Positions 1-8,788 of a stretch of 32,156 nt of DNA are shown piece after piece. The notes under the pieces are model-generated. The model was given only the letters and a program-made list of their open reading frames with translations. It did no database searches and had not been told where the DNA came from. The position numbers and the translations under genes were made by a program. The stretch covers positions 1 through 32,156 of the forward strand of contig CAZZZQ010000002.1 of the NCBI GenBank assembly GCA_964658405.1. The letters run 5' to 3'. Origin of the DNA: an uncultured Sphingomonas sp. (GTDB lineage Bacteria; Acidobacteriota; Terriglobia; Terriglobales; Acidobacteriaceae). How positions within the stretch are numbered: position 1 is the stretch's first letter; each line of letters begins with the position of its first letter.

Positions 1-150
1 CTCCGGACCTTCAATATGGGAATCGGCCTGATCGCCGTCATCCCTGCTGAAAAGGTGAAGAAGGTCAAGGCCATCCTAAACCGTGCGAACGAGCGCCACT
101 CCATCATTGGCCGGGTCACCCGCGGCGAGCGCAAGGTCAGCTACACCTAG
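1..150 (+). CDS. purM: Phosphoribosylformylglycinamidine cyclo-ligase (AIR synthetase), 3' end only
   Basis: Not in the ORF track. Frame 1 reads LRTFNMGIGLIAVIPAEKVKKVKAILNRANERHSIIGRVTRGERKVSYT* (TAG 148-150). RTFNMGIG...IIG is the PurM C-terminal signature, and purN lies on the far side of the island. Confidence 0.92.
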   Translation, partial: LRTFNMGIGLIAVIPAEKVKKVKAILNRANERHSIIGRVTRGERKVSYT

Positions 151-159
151 TCCAATTCC

Positions 160-195
160 CTGCGAGGCGCTCCCTGTTCAGGCTGCGCCTCGCAG
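160..195. terminator. GC-rich hairpin between convergent purM and 212-757; probable terminator
   Basis: Perfect 11-bp inverted repeat CTGCGAGGCGC (160-170) / GCGCCTCGCAG (185-195) with a 14-nt loop; no clear U-tract. Confidence 0.55.
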
Positions 196-211
196 ACGCA
201 CGGTCCAGATC

Positions 212-757
212 TTATCCCCCGCCGTCCCCAGCCAACACCATGCTCTTGCGAGTCTGGTGTTCACTTTTGGCTGCCCCGGTAGAAACCGCATCGGGGAAGG
301 CAGGCTGAGTGCGCACCGCAAGCACCTGGAAGTGCTTGATCATCCGCTTGACGATGTACATCTTCAGATTATTGCCCTCGGGATCGACCGATTTGGCGAA
401 GAAAGAATGCGCCAGTATCGCCTCCTCAGAGTTTTCAATCATGCATTCCATGACCTCTCCATCGAGGAAGGTAATCCGCACCCAGAGAAACGGGGGAGCG
501 GATGCCTGGTCATAGAAGTGCAGATCCTCGTGGGCGGACAGCCCGGTCAACGAGCGTACGAAAAAGACGGCCTTCGCATCTCCGAGCGGAACAACCTCCT
601 CCACGCCTGTATCGGAGCGAATGATGCGGATGCTGACCCCGCCAGGATCATCCCAATCGGCGACCTGTTGATTGCGAAGCGAGACGCCTCGAATCAGGGC
701 GTTCGCCTTGTGGATGACCACCTTTCCTTCCGGCCATGAACTCTGTCGCGGAGTCAT
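212..757 (-). CDS. Conserved hypothetical protein (DUF6982-like)
   Basis: 181 aa with motifs AKAVFFVR, VRITFLDGE and FF..VDPEGNNLKMYIV, recalled from this family. Start overlaps the stop of the upstream bEBP (ATGA, 754-757). Confidence 0.7.
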   Translation of the reverse strand: MTPRQSSWPEGKVVIHKANALIRGVSLRNQQVADWDDPGGVSIRIIRSDTGVEEVVPLGDAKAVFFVRSLTGLSAHEDLHFYDQASAPPFLWVRITFLDGEVMECMIENSEEAILAHSFFAKSVDPEGNNLKMYIVKRMIKHFQVLAVRTQPAFPDAVSTGAAKSEHQTRKSMVLAGDGGG

Positions 758-2214
758 GAGAGCGGGGGGGCCAGTTCATACTGCTGGATCTTGTAGAGCA
801 GCGTCCTGTAGCTGACCTGCATCCTCGCGGCGGTCGCCTTTCGATTCCACTTCAGTTCGTTCAGGGTCTTGCTGATACTCTCCGCCTCGGCGCTTCCTTT
901 CAGCGTCCGCATTCTCTCCTTGAGGCCGGCATCCGGAGCCTCCGAGAGGGCCATTGGCACCGTTTTATCGGCCGCGGGGGGTGCAAGCTCATCGATGACC
1001 GATTGGGCATCCCCAATAATGAGATAGCGATTGATCACATTCTCCAGCTCTCGCAGATTTCCCGGCCAGCTATAACTCTCGAGCGCCGCGAGTAAATAGT
1101 CTCCGATCACAAGCTGCGGCCGACCGTACCGGGTCGACCCCTTTTGCATGAAGTGCCGCGCGAAGACGGAGATCTCATCCTTTCGCTCGCGGAGAGGAGG
1201 GAGCGTCAGGGTGAAGCCGTTGAGCCTGTAGTAAAGATCCTCGCGAAAGCTCTTCTGCAGGATCGCAGACTTCATGTCAATATTGGTGGCTGCGACGACG
1301 CGGACATCCGTGCGGAGGGTGCTGCGGCCGCCCAGTCGAGAGTAGGTGCCATCCTGGAGCACGTGCAGGAGCTTGGCCTGAAGCACAGCAGGCATCTCCC
1401 CGATCTCATCGAGGAAGATCGTTCCTCCATGACAGATCTCGAACTTACCCGGCTTACTTTGAACGGCGCCTGTGAATGCACCCTTCTCGTAGCCAAAGAG
1501 CTCACTCTCCAGCAGGTCGGCCGGCATCGCGGCACAGTTAAGCTTCAGGAAGATTGCGCCGCTGCGTGCCGACTTCGCGTGAAGGTAGCGCGCAAGGATC
1601 TCTTTACCGGTACCGCTCTCTCCCAGGATGAGCACTGGAATCTCAGAACGTGCGACCAGGGCAGCGTTCGCTTCGATCTCACGCATCCGCTTACTCGAAC
1701 GCACAAAGGAGTAGCCGTCACTGAGCCGGGTCTCTTCGTGGATCGTCTGTGGCACTGCTGCGACTTGCACAGGTACCTGCAGAAGTTTGCGGACAGCCCC
1801 GGTAAGATCTCCGTCGTGAAAGGGCTTTTGGATGACACCACTCACACCGAGCTGGAAGGCGCCTGCCATCTCTTCCCCGTTCGCAGAGGCGGAGGCGAGC
1901 AGGATCGGATGCCTTCCGCTGGATGCCATGACCTGCTCGAGCATCGGCATGGAGGTGCCCGCTGAGCTCCAGGCAAGAACCGTCAGGTCGGGCGTCTTTG
2001 AGTTGCTGTACGCTTCCACAAGGGATGACGGCTGATTGAACAGATCGACCTGGTACAACGGCTCGAGCACTCGCTGCATGTAACGAAGCACACGAATATT
2101 TGGCTCATGCAGAAAGATGCGAGGACGGCGCTGATTCCCGAAGGTGGGACTTCCATACTGCAAAGGCAGATGAGAGATAAGAGTTTCTATAGAGGGCGGG
2201 TGAACGCTCAACAT
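754..2214 (-). CDS. Sigma54-dependent transcriptional activator (NtrC family) with atypical receiver domain
   Basis: Walker A GESGTGKE, ESELFGYEKGAFTGA, Walker B FLDEIGE, VAATN, FREDLYYRL, WPGNLRELEN and a C-terminal Fis-type HTH. Start placed at ATG 2214 after GGAGGA; the ORF track start is 2307. Confidence 0.93.
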   Translation of the reverse strand: MLSVHPPSIETLISHLPLQYGSPTFGNQRRPRIFLHEPNIRVLRYMQRVLEPLYQVDLFNQPSSLVEAYSNSKTPDLTVLAWSSAGTSMPMLEQVMASSGRHPILLASASANGEEMAGAFQLGVSGVIQKPFHDGDLTGAVRKLLQVPVQVAAVPQTIHEETRLSDGYSFVRSSKRMREIEANAALVARSEIPVLILGESGTGKEILARYLHAKSARSGAIFLKLNCAAMPADLLESELFGYEKGAFTGAVQSKPGKFEICHGGTIFLDEIGEMPAVLQAKLLHVLQDGTYSRLGGRSTLRTDVRVVAATNIDMKSAILQKSFREDLYYRLNGFTLTLPPLRERKDEISVFARHFMQKGSTRYGRPQLVIGDYLLAALESYSWPGNLRELENVINRYLIIGDAQSVIDELAPPAADKTVPMALSEAPDAGLKERMRTLKGSAEAESISKTLNELKWNRKATAARMQVSYRTLLYKIQQYELAPPLS

Positions 2215-2495
2215 ATGTCCTCCAACTAAAGCAAAGTGAAAACCAGAAGACCCAGCTGCATTGGGCAAACACTTCCAGAGCAAATGAAACATCAGGTATT
2301 CAAGCATCCATCACAGCGAAAAATCTGAAGTGTAGATATGAACCTGTTTATCGCGTTCGTCATCTATTCGGCCGGCAAGGGTCTGAAGCGGCCCTACCTT
2401 TACACAGAGAGCGCATTTCTTTGACTAGGGATCGCTGCAACGAAGCATACACGCTTTCCTGTCTGTTACCCACAAGTCATCAGTAACATCCACTT

Positions 2496-2511
2496 TGGCC
2501 CTTAGTGTGCT
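2496..2511 (+). promoter_or_regulatory. Candidate sigma54 -24/-12 promoter for 2545-3714
   Basis: T-GG-CCCTTAGTGT-GC-T has exact GG-N10-GC spacing, 33 nt upstream of the ATG. Confidence 0.6.
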
Positions 2512-2544
2512 CAATGAAAGTCAGGACACACTGAAGAGGGTTTA

Positions 2545-3714
2545 ATGGAAGTAGTTTCCGGTGCAAATCGACTTAGCGGTGCATCTTCAACACGACCTTA
2601 CCAGTCAGTTCCTGTCCCTCCGGCCAGCCTGCTGTTTGGCCGTACCGCAGCTATGCATGAGATCAGGAGACGAATCGATCTTGTAGCTCAACTGAATATT
2701 CCGGTGCTTCTCCAGGGTGAGACAGGTACAGGAAAAGATCTTCTTGCCCAGCTGATCCACCTGAAATCCGACCAGGTGAGGAAACCCCTGGTACGGGTTA
2801 GCTGCCCTTCTATTCCGGGGGCACTCCTTGAGTCCGAGTTATTCGGCCATGAGAAAGGCGCCTTTACCGGTGCGCACAGCGCGAAGCTTGGACGAATCGA
2901 ACAAGCTCATCTTGGAACGCTCATTCTTGATGAGATCGGTAGCCTGGACGCCTTGATGCAGTCTAAGTTGCTGCAGGTTCTACAGGATGGCACATTCATG
3001 AGGGTTGGCGCGTCCGAAACGCGTCAGATCTCAGCGCGAGTTATCTCAATCGCCAGCGACGATCTTCGTCACAAGGTAGAAGATGGCAGCTTTCGCCTCG
3101 ACCTCTTCTATCGAATCAACACTGTCCTACTTAATCTGCCTCCGCTTCGAGATCGGCTCGTTGATCTACCGGATCTGGTCGATTACTTCACGCGGCAACA
3201 TGCTGCAAACTTCGGCGTCCCGGTTCGACCGGTGTGCAAAGATGTTCTTGAACTCATGCGGAACTATAAGTGGCCAGGAAATATCCGTGAGCTCGACAAC
3301 CTGCTTCGCAGCTACACCTTGCTGAACGATGAAGAAGAGCTTGTAAAGGTGCTGACGCATAATGCCAGGGGTCCGCAGCAGATCGTAGCTGACCTTGATC
3401 TCCGCGAGCCCTGCAGTTTGAAGGAGATCGCTAAACAGGCGACCCGCAGTCTCGAACGCGAGATCATCTTGAAGGTTCTACAGGCGAACGGCTGGAATCG
3501 TCGCAAGGCGGCCCGCTGGCTAAGCATCAGTTATCGATCTCTGTTTTACAAGCTGCAGGAGGATACCCAACCAGCCGCGGCCAGCGAGCAGAAGCCAAGC
3601 CAGAGCGCCCCCGTCATCGGTGATCATCTTTCTGACGCTTCCAGATCAGTGCTCAAGCACCGTTCACCGAATCCTTCAGCGCGGTCGATCAGTCTCAGTC
3701 GGCTTAGTGACTAA
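2545..3714 (+). CDS. Sigma54-dependent activator (AAA+ plus HTH) lacking an N-terminal sensor domain
   Basis: GETGTGKD, ESELFGHEKGAFTGA, LILDEIG, FRLDLFYRIN, WPGNIRELDN and HTH WNRRKAARWLSISYRSLFYKL; only ~28 aa precede the AAA+ domain. Confidence 0.93.
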   Translation: MEVVSGANRLSGASSTRPYQSVPVPPASLLFGRTAAMHEIRRRIDLVAQLNIPVLLQGETGTGKDLLAQLIHLKSDQVRKPLVRVSCPSIPGALLESELFGHEKGAFTGAHSAKLGRIEQAHLGTLILDEIGSLDALMQSKLLQVLQDGTFMRVGASETRQISARVISIASDDLRHKVEDGSFRLDLFYRINTVLLNLPPLRDRLVDLPDLVDYFTRQHAANFGVPVRPVCKDVLELMRNYKWPGNIRELDNLLRSYTLLNDEEELVKVLTHNARGPQQIVADLDLREPCSLKEIAKQATRSLEREIILKVLQANGWNRRKAARWLSISYRSLFYKLQEDTQPAAASEQKPSQSAPVIGDHLSDASRSVLKHRSPNPSARSISLSRLSD

Positions 3715-3856
3715 TTTATGCAACCGGCGTGCAGATGTTTGCAGAAATTCCTCATTTGAGAAAAGACCCACTCGGCCAGCTTATCCGTATCCGTGGAAGT
3801 AGCAGAAGACGTGTACGTCTTATAACGATGCACAAGACATTCCGATAAGGAGTTCC

Positions 3857-4786
3857 ATGGGCACGACAATGCGACGGCAAGTTCCAAGTAGCTCAGAGAA
3901 GCCCGGCTCGCTTCGGCTAGTCATTGCAATTGCGACACGAGGCAGGCCGGCCATACTTGCTGATACGCTCGCATCGCTTCGACTCCAGACCCTGCAACCG
4001 GATGCGCTGCTTGTGGCGTATCCGGAGCCGAAGGATGTTGTTTATATCGCTCAGCGCTTTCCCGAGGTACGCCTGTTACAGAGCAAGCCAGGCCTGACGC
4101 GTCAGCGAAACACCATCCTCGATGCTCTTCCTGAGACCGACCTGCTCGTCTTCCTTGATGATGACTTCCATCTGCATCCTGACTATCTCGCCGTGATGGT
4201 GCGGCTCTTTCAGACGCAGCCTGATATTGTCGCTGCCACAGGAACCCTGCTGGGAGACGGCATTCATGGCGCTGAACTGAAGCCGCAGGATGCCGCGGCC
4301 CGCTTTCGTACCTGCCGCCCGGTCAGCGACAAGCCGTCAAGGACATCGCCCATCTTCAACGCTTACGGCTGCAACATGGTCTTTCGTATGGCGACGATCC
4401 AGCAACACAGCGTTCGCTTCGACGAGCGGCTTCCACTCTATGGCTGGTATGAGGATGTGGACTTTTCGCGGCGAGTCTCTAAGCATGGCCGCTCGGTGCG
4501 CGTGAGACAGGCGTGGGGGGTGCATCTTGGGGTCAAGTCCGGTCGCCACTCCGAGGTTCGCCTTGGATACTCCCAGATCGCGAATCCGATCTATCTCGCG
4601 CATAAGCGCTCTGTCCCCTGGAGCTTTGCGATCGCCAGTGTGGTCAGCAGATCGCTCAAAAATCTGGTCCGCAGCGTTGCTCCAGAGAGCCATGTGGACC
4701 GTCGAGGGCGGCTTCGCGGCAATCTTCGAGCCTTTCGGGACCTCGGCTACGGCTGTCTGAATCCCACCCGCGTTACCAGCATGTAA
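3857..4786 (+). CDS. Glycosyltransferase family 2
   Basis: IAIATRGR, GLTRQRN, VFLDDD, YGCNM.FR, FDE.L..YGWYED.DF; RBS TAAGGAG upstream. Confidence 0.9.
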   Translation: MGTTMRRQVPSSSEKPGSLRLVIAIATRGRPAILADTLASLRLQTLQPDALLVAYPEPKDVVYIAQRFPEVRLLQSKPGLTRQRNTILDALPETDLLVFLDDDFHLHPDYLAVMVRLFQTQPDIVAATGTLLGDGIHGAELKPQDAAARFRTCRPVSDKPSRTSPIFNAYGCNMVFRMATIQQHSVRFDERLPLYGWYEDVDFSRRVSKHGRSVRVRQAWGVHLGVKSGRHSEVRLGYSQIANPIYLAHKRSVPWSFAIASVVSRSLKNLVRSVAPESHVDRRGRLRGNLRAFRDLGYGCLNPTRVTSM

Positions 4787-4801
4787 GTGCCTGTTCGCAC
4801 C

Positions 4802-4848
4802 AAAAGAGCGCATTAACCTCATCGTCGATGAAGTTAATGCGCTCTTTT
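4802..4848. terminator. Bidirectional intrinsic terminator
   Basis: AAAAGAGCGCATTAAC-C-TCATCG-T-CGATGA-A-GTTAATGCGCTCTTTT is a near-perfect 47-bp palindrome with A/T tails, between the convergent GT2 and GT4 genes. Confidence 0.85.
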
Positions 4849-4883
4849 ATTGGACGCTCGTCATCTTACCTTCCTTCTATCGA

Positions 4884-6065
4884 CTAAACGAGCTGGGAGG
4901 CCACTCCGCGCGGGCAGGCAATGACACTCTCGTACACCTTCTCGTAGTCGCGAACCAGGCGGCTGACGCTGAAGATGGATGACCCGTGGAGCGCTGCCTT
5001 CTGCAAGCTGCGGCGTGCATCCCCATCCAGCATCAATGTTCTAAGCTTCTGGGCAAGTTCGTCGGGGCGGCCCGGAGTAACAAGGCGGCCCGCAGCGCCG
5101 TACTCCAACATCTCAGGCGTCCCGCCTACGCGCGTCGCTACAATCGCGCAGCCGGCAGACCGTGCCTCCCCAATTGACAGGCTGCAGGGGTCCGCATAGG
5201 ACGCCAACACGAAGATATCCGCTTGATCCATCAGCGGCCGCGGGGACATGCGAAAGCCGAGGAAGTGAACCCGGTCGCCAAGACCCGCCTCTTGCGCCTG
5301 CAGTTCCAGAGCAGCGCGATCAGGCCCCTCGCCTGCGATGTAAAGCTGCCAGTCCGGGATCTCCTGAAAGAGCTGCTGGCATGCGACGATAAGGTCGAAG
5401 ACACCCTTGCGGCGGTGGAGGCCGTTGGCCGCCAGGATGCAGGGCGACTGCATCGGCACATGGGGCTCATCTTCGGTGAACTTCTCGCGCGGCGAGTTGT
5501 TTGGCGCGTTCATGATCGCAACGACCTGGCGGCTGTTGTAGCCCTTCTTGACTAACTGCTCGCGCTCCGCATCGCTCACGGCGATCACCCGATCTCCGAG
5601 CCGCATGATGAACGAATGCCGGTCGAAGGAGTTGTGGACCGTGGTCACCAGAGGCACACCCGCCAGCCGCGACGCAGCATAGCCAATCATCGCGCTTGCC
5701 ATCATGTGGGCGTGCAAGACGTTCGGCCTGATCGACTTGACGAGTCTCGTTAACGTCCATGCCGCTCGCAGAAGCGAGGCGGGCTTGTTCTGTTCATGCG
5801 GCAGGTAGACATGCCGAACACCGTACTGGGCGAGAAGAGGCTCGAAGGTTCCGCCGCTGCTCACAAAGGTGACTACGCAACCCTTGCGGGCCTGCTCGCA
5901 GGCAAGGTCCACCGCAACGTGGACATTCCCGTTTGCGTAGCCGCAATGCTTGATGACATGGACGATCCGCAACGGGGCCGTTGATCTCGTTCCATGATTG
6001 AAGTACATGTTTTGAGCAACGGTCGCCGGGGTCGTCTGCTCCGGACTTCTCGGAAGCGGTGTCAT
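4884..6065 (-). CDS. Glycosyltransferase family 4 (GT-B)
   Basis: VLHAH, VTTVHN, RKG, AGEGP, ADIFVLASYADPCSLSIGEARSAGCAIVAT..GG.PE. Confidence 0.92.
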   Translation of the reverse strand: MTPLPRSPEQTTPATVAQNMYFNHGTRSTAPLRIVHVIKHCGYANGNVHVAVDLACEQARKGCVVTFVSSGGTFEPLLAQYGVRHVYLPHEQNKPASLLRAAWTLTRLVKSIRPNVLHAHMMASAMIGYAASRLAGVPLVTTVHNSFDRHSFIMRLGDRVIAVSDAEREQLVKKGYNSRQVVAIMNAPNNSPREKFTEDEPHVPMQSPCILAANGLHRRKGVFDLIVACQQLFQEIPDWQLYIAGEGPDRAALELQAQEAGLGDRVHFLGFRMSPRPLMDQADIFVLASYADPCSLSIGEARSAGCAIVATRVGGTPEMLEYGAAGRLVTPGRPDELAQKLRTLMLDGDARRSLQKAALHGSSIFSVSRLVRDYEKVYESVIACPRGVASQLV

Positions 6066-6143
6066 AAGGAACCTTTCATCGTTGCCTTGCCTGGAGATAT
6101 TAACCTTCGAGCAAATCGTTACACCGCTGCCACGTGGAGAGCT

Positions 6144-7142
6144 TCAGCTCATCATCAGGGACGCAGTCGCAAGATCATGGGTGTCCGCCGCGATAAGGCA
6201 ATCAGTTTCATACGCGAGAATGCGGGACCGTCGCTTGCTGAACCCCCAGGTCACTGTCTCAAGCAGCTTCTTTCCCCGTTGATGTACGTGATACAGAGCA
6301 CGCTCCCGGACCGGCATCGACCGGACGTACTCCAGCAGGACTGGATACCGCTTCAACGCGTTGCGATAAGGCTGATGCTCTTCGCTGGTCCATGGCGGAA
6401 AGCTGCCGTGCCATGGCTTGGGACTCGACATGAAGTGCTCGATGCGGGGTTGAATTGCGTCTTCGACCCTGGAGTGGCGCATGAAAACAGGAAAGTTCCA
6501 CGCGAGTGACATCGGCATGCGGCTTTCGAGGCCCGCCAGATTCAGGACATCCTGGTCGGGAAACCGCGAGGACAGCCCGCTCCGCTGGAAGAGATCCCAT
6601 GAGTCACGCCCGATCTTTCCCCAGCCTTCACAGCACATTCTCAGCACGCCGCTGTTGAAGTAGTTCAGCGCCTGGGTCTGGTTGAGACCGATCGAGTGAA
6701 GATGCTTTCCAAGCATTCGGCTCAAAGGACTTTTATCCGCGAGCAGGAAGGTCATAGGATCATTTGCCGCCATAAATCGGCCCGGTGGAACCTTCACGTC
6801 GAGCAGCGGATCCAGGCTGCTCAGGATGTGCACGTCGCTATCGAGGTAGAGACACTGCTCGTACCCGGACGGTAGAAAGCGATCGAGAAAGAGCCGTGCA
6901 AGCATTGCAGTCTGGCCTTCGATCACCTCCTTCGCAACTGGCATCAGCCGGATATTCTCCTGATCGCAGATCGCTGTAAAGGTGCGCCTGGTCTTCTCGT
7001 CCAGATCAACGCAGGCAATCAGGATGTCTGCCTTTTCGATCGATGTATGGAGCCTCGCCTGCATCGCGCTGACCAGGGTAGGAAACATGTAGGAAGAATC
7101 AGTCGTATAGATCACGCAGCCCTTCGCCGATGTCTCGTTCAT
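6144..7142 (-). CDS. Glycosyltransferase family 8
   Basis: LYLDSDV (DxD), YFNSGV, DQDVLN, HF....KPW; ATGA overlap with the flippase stop. Confidence 0.88.
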   Translation of the reverse strand: MNETSAKGCVIYTTDSSYMFPTLVSAMQARLHTSIEKADILIACVDLDEKTRRTFTAICDQENIRLMPVAKEVIEGQTAMLARLFLDRFLPSGYEQCLYLDSDVHILSSLDPLLDVKVPPGRFMAANDPMTFLLADKSPLSRMLGKHLHSIGLNQTQALNYFNSGVLRMCCEGWGKIGRDSWDLFQRSGLSSRFPDQDVLNLAGLESRMPMSLAWNFPVFMRHSRVEDAIQPRIEHFMSSPKPWHGSFPPWTSEEHQPYRNALKRYPVLLEYVRSMPVRERALYHVHQRGKKLLETVTWGFSKRRSRILAYETDCLIAADTHDLATASLMMS

Positions 7143-8689
7143 AGGCTCCTCTGCGATGATGGATCGGCACGCCGGCTGGACAACCTGATAAATCGATCGT
7201 GCAACATCGACTCAAGTCCTGCAGGCCTTCCTGAGAAGTACCAGAGCGCCCATAGCGAGCTGGCGTAGGTGACTGCACCGAGCAGCGCGGCACCAATCGT
7301 TGTGAGCGCCAGTGGAAGAGTGTGGGCGGAAAGAGTGAAGCGCGGAAGGGCGATCACAACAACGACAGCCATGGCTCCCGCAGCAGCCATGCTGCGCCAT
7401 GGCGCAATCAGCTGCTGCCGAATCGAGAGGCCGATCAGATTTCGAACCAGGTACATGCTGTAGATCACCGTCAGGGTCTCGGAGACACAGCGCGCGATTA
7501 CAACTCCCATGAATCCGATCTTGATCGCTCCAATAACTACAAGCGGGAGTTTGATGCAGATCTCAAGAAGGTTACGGCGAAAGAAGAGCTGCGTCTTTCC
7601 GAAGGCCATCACAAGTGAGCCGAGTGGCGCAGCAAACAGACTGGGAATAAGACTGATGGCAAGCCAACGCAACAAAGGTGCAGACCCCATCCACTTCTCT
7701 CCGAAGAGAAGACGGACTGCAGGATAGGCAATCAGGCTCTCTCCGACCAGGATGGGGAGGCCGAGCGCAAGCATCGCAGAAGCACTGCTTTGATAGCTGC
7801 TCAACAATCGCTTCGTGTCGTGCCGCAGCAGCGAGAATGCCGTCAGGAGTGGGCGCAGCATCGGGCCAAGCAGTGCCATCACAGGAATGTTGGAGGTATC
7901 ATTAGCGGCCGCAAAGAGACCAAGCTCTGCCCTCGAACTCAGCTTCCCGAGCAGCATGCGATCGGCCTGCCAGTTGAACGCGCTTACGATCTGGGCGGCG
8001 GTGATCCACCCCAGGAACCCTGAGAAAGCGGACATGGCTGCAAGGCTCAGGCGAGGGCGATAAGGTGCCAGCACGTAGGAGGTAATTGCGCCCACGGTCG
8101 GTGCTGCGACGGTCCCGGCAGCGATCGCCCAATAGCTCTTCGTCGTGATTGCAAGACCGACTGCCACTAGGAACGCGACCAGCTTGCCGGCAAACTCCAT
8201 CGTGAAGTCAGGCGAGAAATCGAGGCCACGCGAGAACTTCGCCAGCCTGGGGCTGACCATCCCCCGTGCTACCGGAGCCAGGCTCAGAACGGCGACCAGC
8301 GGCAGCAGGCGGTGATCTCCGTAGATGCGGGAGAACGGCAGACCGATCAGACCTACGAGCACCGTTACGATGCCGCCACGCATCACGCTGAGGGTGAAGG
8401 CGGTATCGTAATGAGCCTCTGTGATGTGAGGTAGCCTGACCAGTGCCTGGCTGAGAGGAAGTTCCAGTGCGGCTTCAACAATGTAGATAACAGCCATCGC
8501 GATCGCGACCAGGCCAAAGTCTTTTGGACTAAGGATATGGGCGAGCACGAGCATAGTTCCAAGATCGATCACGCGGGAGATGAGGCGAGCCCCCACCATC
8601 CATGTTCCGCCCAGCGCGGTCTGTTGCCCCACCCGATCCGGGACGGAGCTTTGAACCTCGACTGCATCTTCAATATCCGTCTCAATCAT
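7139..8689 (-). CDS. wzx: Wzx-type polysaccharide flippase (MOP superfamily)
   Basis: 516 aa with many hydrophobic segments; LAHILSPKDFGLVA, ADRMLLGK..S...LG.F. Confidence 0.88.
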   Translation of the reverse strand: MIETDIEDAVEVQSSVPDRVGQQTALGGTWMVGARLISRVIDLGTMLVLAHILSPKDFGLVAIAMAVIYIVEAALELPLSQALVRLPHITEAHYDTAFTLSVMRGGIVTVLVGLIGLPFSRIYGDHRLLPLVAVLSLAPVARGMVSPRLAKFSRGLDFSPDFTMEFAGKLVAFLVAVGLAITTKSYWAIAAGTVAAPTVGAITSYVLAPYRPRLSLAAMSAFSGFLGWITAAQIVSAFNWQADRMLLGKLSSRAELGLFAAANDTSNIPVMALLGPMLRPLLTAFSLLRHDTKRLLSSYQSSASAMLALGLPILVGESLIAYPAVRLLFGEKWMGSAPLLRWLAISLIPSLFAAPLGSLVMAFGKTQLFFRRNLLEICIKLPLVVIGAIKIGFMGVVIARCVSETLTVIYSMYLVRNLIGLSIRQQLIAPWRSMAAAGAMAVVVVIALPRFTLSAHTLPLALTTIGAALLGAVTYASSLWALWYFSGRPAGLESMLHDRFIRLSSRRADPSSQRSL

Positions 8690-8788
8690 GGCAGGCCCCT
8701 GGCCGGACGAAGCTCTGAAGGTTCCTTGCAGGGATCCTCCAAAGAGACTGTCCGGCCCACAAGCGTTCGGCTATTGAGCGGTCAAACA

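Noticed and set aside
83-739. 218-aa plus-strand ORF overlapping the purM end
   Set aside because: Out of frame with purM, crosses the hairpin at 160-195 and is antisense to a motif-bearing gene; shadow ORF.
2230-2245. Minus-strand TGGTTTTCACTTTGCT, sigma54-like spacing upstream of the first bEBP
   Set aside because: The predicted start (~2219) would fall inside the GGAGGA RBS of the 2214 start, and no enhancer copy lies at the expected offset; not called, though not excluded.
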